Assembly (NCBI GenBank): GCA_963664015.2 | Contig: CAXXLF010000001.1 | Coordinates: 160,001-224,000 of the forward strand | Length of the DNA stretch: 64,000 nucleotides | Direction of reading: 5' to 3' | Source: Candidatus Binatia bacterium | GTDB taxonomy: Bacteria > Desulfobacterota > Binatia > UBA9968 > CAXXLF01 | In this document: piece after piece, positions 61,109 to 64,000 of the stretch | Numbering within the stretch: the first letter of the stretch is position 1 | How the letters are laid out: each line of letters opens with the position of its first letter | Made by a program: the position numbers and the translations under genes | Notes under the pieces: model-generated | Seen by the model: the letters and a program-made list of their open reading frames with translations, nothing else | Database searches by the model: none | What the model was told of the DNA's origin: nothing

Positions 61109-61681
61109 TTAGCGCACTGTCGGCACCTTCAACTCCCTTTGAACACGACTCAGCCCTATAGCGGCTTCTCGGTTCTTAGGATTGAGTCGAAGGGCGGCAG
61201 TGTAACTCCGATGGGCCGGTTCGAGCAGGCCCAATTCCTGATAGTTCTTGCCTTTGAGATTGTAAACTTCCCCCAACCAAAACGCCTGGCTGCTCAAGAG
61301 AGACTCTGCCACATCGAGGAATTCAACCGATTGGCGGTACTTGGTCAGATGGAAATGGGCCTTGCCCAGAAAGTAATAAACGTATTGATTGGAGGAATCG
61401 ATCGCAAGAGCCTGTTCCATGCGTGTTAACGCTTTCTGATAGTGCCCCGAGTCAAGTAGTTTTCTGCCTTCTTCCGTCAGGCGTAGGGAGGCCGCCCGTC
61501 GGGGTGGTGTGTTGGCCTTGATCTTGGCGGCCAGGGAGGCATCCTCCGAGGAATACTCCCTAGGGGCCGTTACCGTACCCTCTCCCCGCGTCCGGGAGGA
61601 AGGCCACCAAACCTGTTCCAGTGGAGCGCAGCCTCCTGCTAGAGACAGCAGGAGCAGTAGAAGCCCGAATCTCATGCCCAT
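61109..61681 (-). CDS. TPR lipoprotein (LpoP-like PBP1b activator candidate)
   Basis: LAGGC lipobox and TPR repeats. Start overlaps the PBP stop (TGATG). Confidence 0.75.
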   Translation of the reverse strand: MGMRFGLLLLLLSLAGGCAPLEQVWWPSSRTRGEGTVTAPREYSSEDASLAAKIKANTPPRRAASLRLTEEGRKLLDSGHYQKALTRMEQALAIDSSNQYVYYFLGKAHFHLTKYRQSVEFLDVAESLLSSQAFWLGEVYNLKGKNYQELGLLEPAHRSYTAALRLNPKNREAAIGLSRVQRELKVPTVR

Positions 61682-64000
61682 CACCTTGCCGCAGGGCTGA
61701 TCGGCCACGAAGAATGATTCAAAGTGGGCGCCGCTTCCCTAAGCGCGATGGGAGCCGGGTGAAGCGGGCAGAATTCCTTCGGTCCCTTACCTTCGAGGAA
61801 GGCTTCTTGAATAACCTTCGGGCAATTGGGGGTTGCTAGGTAGCCGCTCAAAGGATCGACCTCGATCAATTCGATTCCGGGAGGCGGTCGAAAATCGGTC
61901 ACTGGGCTTCCTGCTGTCGCCCGTTTCATGAATTCGGTCCAAATGGGCAACGCCGCCTGCCCGCCGGACAAACCCAGCGAGCTCTCTTTGTCAAACCCTA
62001 CCCAGACGACGGCCAATAGATCAGGCGTGTAACCGCCAAACCAAGCGTCACGCGTGTCGTTGGTGGTTCCGGTTTTTCCAGCCGCGGGCCGAGTGAAGCC
62101 GCGCCACCTCGCACCTCGAGCCGTGCCTCGGTCCATTACCCCCTTGAGCATATGGTTCATCATATAGGCAACCTGCGGAGTGATCACCTTTTTGACCCGT
62201 ATGTTCCTTCTCTCTAAGACACGCCCCTGCTGATCCATGACTTGCTTGACAGCCAAAGGGTTGGTACGCACCCCGTTGTTGGCTAGCGTTGAAAAGGCTC
62301 TTGAAATCTCCAGTACTGTCACCTCTACCGAACCCAATGCCAATGACGGCAAAAGGAGCATTTTACTCTCTATTCCAAGACGGTAAGCCATGTCTCGTAC
62401 TTTGCGAATACCCACCCGGTTGGCGATTCGGGCGGTAGCCGTATTCAACGACATCACCAGTGCCTGCCTTAGAGTCACAATCCCATAATAGGCGTCCTGG
62501 TAATTTTCCGGCTTCCACTCCTTATCTTCGTAGTTCCAGGTGAAGGGGCTATCCTCCACAAAACTCAGTGGCGTGAATTCTTCCGTTTTATCCTCGGACC
62601 CGTGGACAAGTGCCGCCAGATAGACAAAGGGCTTGAAGATCGAACCCGGTTGGCGCTTCGCTTGAACCACCCGATTGAACTGAGACTTCTGATAATCTCG
62701 GCCTCCGACCATGGCTTTGATTTCGCCAGTCTGAGGCTTGATGACAACGATCGCTCCCTCCAATCGATCATCTTCCCCGATCTTGCGTAGATGGGGGAAC
62801 CTCTTCTCCAGGTCATCCAAACCCTCCTGCAGGGCTGTTTCGGCCTTTCTTTGGAGATTCAGATCCAAGCTGGTGAAAATCCGCAATCCCTCCGCTGTGA
62901 GCACCTCCGAGGAATAGTTTTCGGCCAACTCATTCCTTAAATAATCCACGTAGAAGGGGGCATCATTGGCATGCCTCACGAACTCTCGGGATCGGATAAT
63001 CTCCCTCAATCCTCGCTCGTACTTGGCGCGTGTGATAAATCCTTCTTCGAACATCCGGGCTAAAACAATATTCCGACGACGGGTTGCCCCCTTGACGGTT
63101 TTGTATGGGGAGTACCGATTGGGAGCCCGAATCAAACCGGCCAATAGGGCCATTTCTCCTACTGTCAACTGCCGGGGCTCCTTCGAAAAGTAAAACTGGG
63201 CGGCCTCCCAGATACCGAACACACCCCGGGTTCCCTTTTGCCCAAGATAGATTTCATTCAAATAGTTCTGAAGTATCTCATCTTTGGAATATTTCCACTC
63301 GGCTACCGTCGCCATCAATGCTTCTTTGACCTTCCGTTTGATGGTTCGCTCGCTGTCAAGAAAGAAGTTCTTCATTAACTGCTGCGTCAGGGTACTCCCC
63401 CCCTGCATAATTTCACCACGAGTCACATTCACAAGGAACGCCCGCATAACAGCTAGCGGGTCGATACCCCAATGCTGGTAAAACCTCTCGTCCTCTATGG
63501 CCAGGATTGCACGGACCAGCAGCGGGGGAACCTGTGCCAGAGTCACCAACCGGCGTTCCTCCCAAACGCTATCGTAAAACCCGGTTATCAGCTCGGGCTC
63601 GATTTCCAGGGAGAAGACCTCTGCACCCGTTGCCAGGTTGTGAATCTTTGCCGCCGTATTAGAACCGATCGTGATCCGTACCGGATAGCCTTTGAAAGGA
63701 CCCAAGGCATATTGAAAATCATGGAGATAGACCTCCACGAATCCGTCTTTTCTCGAGATACGGAATTCGCCGCCAGACCGTGGCTGTCCCTGAGACTGAC
63801 GGTAGCCTAAACGGGTAAGCTTGGTCCCGATATCATCGATGCCCAGGGTCATGCCTGGGTAAATCAGGTAGGTATCCGCATAAATCTTGGACGGGAATTT
63901 CCATTTTTGCCCTTCAAACTTGGCCGTCACGACCCCTTCCAGGTACTTTATATACCAGATCCCGAGAAAGGCACCACCGGCTAGGAACAGTGTCAAGAGC
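61681..64000 (-). CDS. mrcB: Class A penicillin-binding protein PBP1b (5' end beyond window)
   Basis: UB2H-like insert, EDERFYQHWG, GGSTLTQQ, SIFK, SLN, KTGT. Confidence 0.9.
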   Translation of the reverse strand, partial: LLTLFLAGGAFLGIWYIKYLEGVVTAKFEGQKWKFPSKIYADTYLIYPGMTLGIDDIGTKLTRLGYRQSQGQPRSGGEFRISRKDGFVEVYLHDFQYALGPFKGYPVRITIGSNTAAKIHNLATGAEVFSLEIEPELITGFYDSVWEERRLVTLAQVPPLLVRAILAIEDERFYQHWGIDPLAVMRAFLVNVTRGEIMQGGSTLTQQLMKNFFLDSERTIKRKVKEALMATVAEWKYSKDEILQNYLNEIYLGQKGTRGVFGIWEAAQFYFSKEPRQLTVGEMALLAGLIRAPNRYSPYKTVKGATRRRNIVLARMFEEGFITRAKYERGLREIIRSREFVRHANDAPFYVDYLRNELAENYSSEVLTAEGLRIFTSLDLNLQRKAETALQEGLDDLEKRFPHLRKIGEDDRLEGAIVVIKPQTGEIKAMVGGRDYQKSQFNRVVQAKRQPGSIFKPFVYLAALVHGSEDKTEEFTPLSFVEDSPFTWNYEDKEWKPENYQDAYYGIVTLRQALVMSLNTATARIANRVGIRKVRDMAYRLGIESKMLLLPSLALGSVEVTVLEISRAFSTLANNGVRTNPLAVKQVMDQQGRVLERRNIRVKKVITPQVAYMMNHMLKGVMDRGTARGARWRGFTRPAAGKTGTTNDTRDAWFGGYTPDLLAVVWVGFDKESSLGLSGGQAALPIWTEFMKRATAGSPVTDFRPPPGIELIEVDPLSGYLATPNCPKVIQEAFLEGKGPKEFCPLHPAPIALREAAPTLNHSSWPISPAAR

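Noticed and set aside
1-64000. CRISPR array, cas genes, rRNA, IS transposase
   Set aside because: No regularly spaced repeats or recognisable motifs seen by eye.

Overview
Bacterial chromosomal segment, one tRNA and about 50 genes. The gene style (many paralogous Rieske oxygenases, UbiD, cupins, solute-binding proteins, TctC) resembles Ca. Binatota / deltaproteobacterial MAGs; this is inference. From left to right: (1) a ~27 kb aromatic/heteroaromatic catabolism region with 3 UbiD, 3 Rieske alpha subunits, 2 class III extradiol dioxygenases, an OYE Fe-S flavoenzyme, cupins, RidA, a meta-cleavage-type hydrolase and an ABC importer, plus a decayed sigma54-driven GspG/pilin gene; (2) tRNA-Ala(CGC) with a 9.2 kb integrated island bounded by a 46-bp att repeat, holding a truncated tyrosine integrase, paired TGTCCG arm-type sites, catabolic cargo, an S1/P1 nuclease with an extra C-terminal domain plus a small secreted partner, and a terminase-small-subunit-like HTH gene; (3) DoxX, PQQ sugar dehydrogenase, Zn-ADH, a fourth Rieske, four TctC paralogs with a fused TctA-TctB, further SBPs and a bicupin; (4) housekeeping genes lhgO, gamma-CA, mutM, rsmA, tsaD, an LpoP-like TPR lipoprotein and PBP1b. 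Several single-base homopolymer insertions suggest sequencing error. Best candidates for new biology: the satellite-like island, a UbiD lacking the catalytic Arg, a signal-less SBP-fold protein, a divergent TctC array and a pseudoknot-topology element at the original tRNA 3' end. All family calls come from motif recognition by eye, not database searches.
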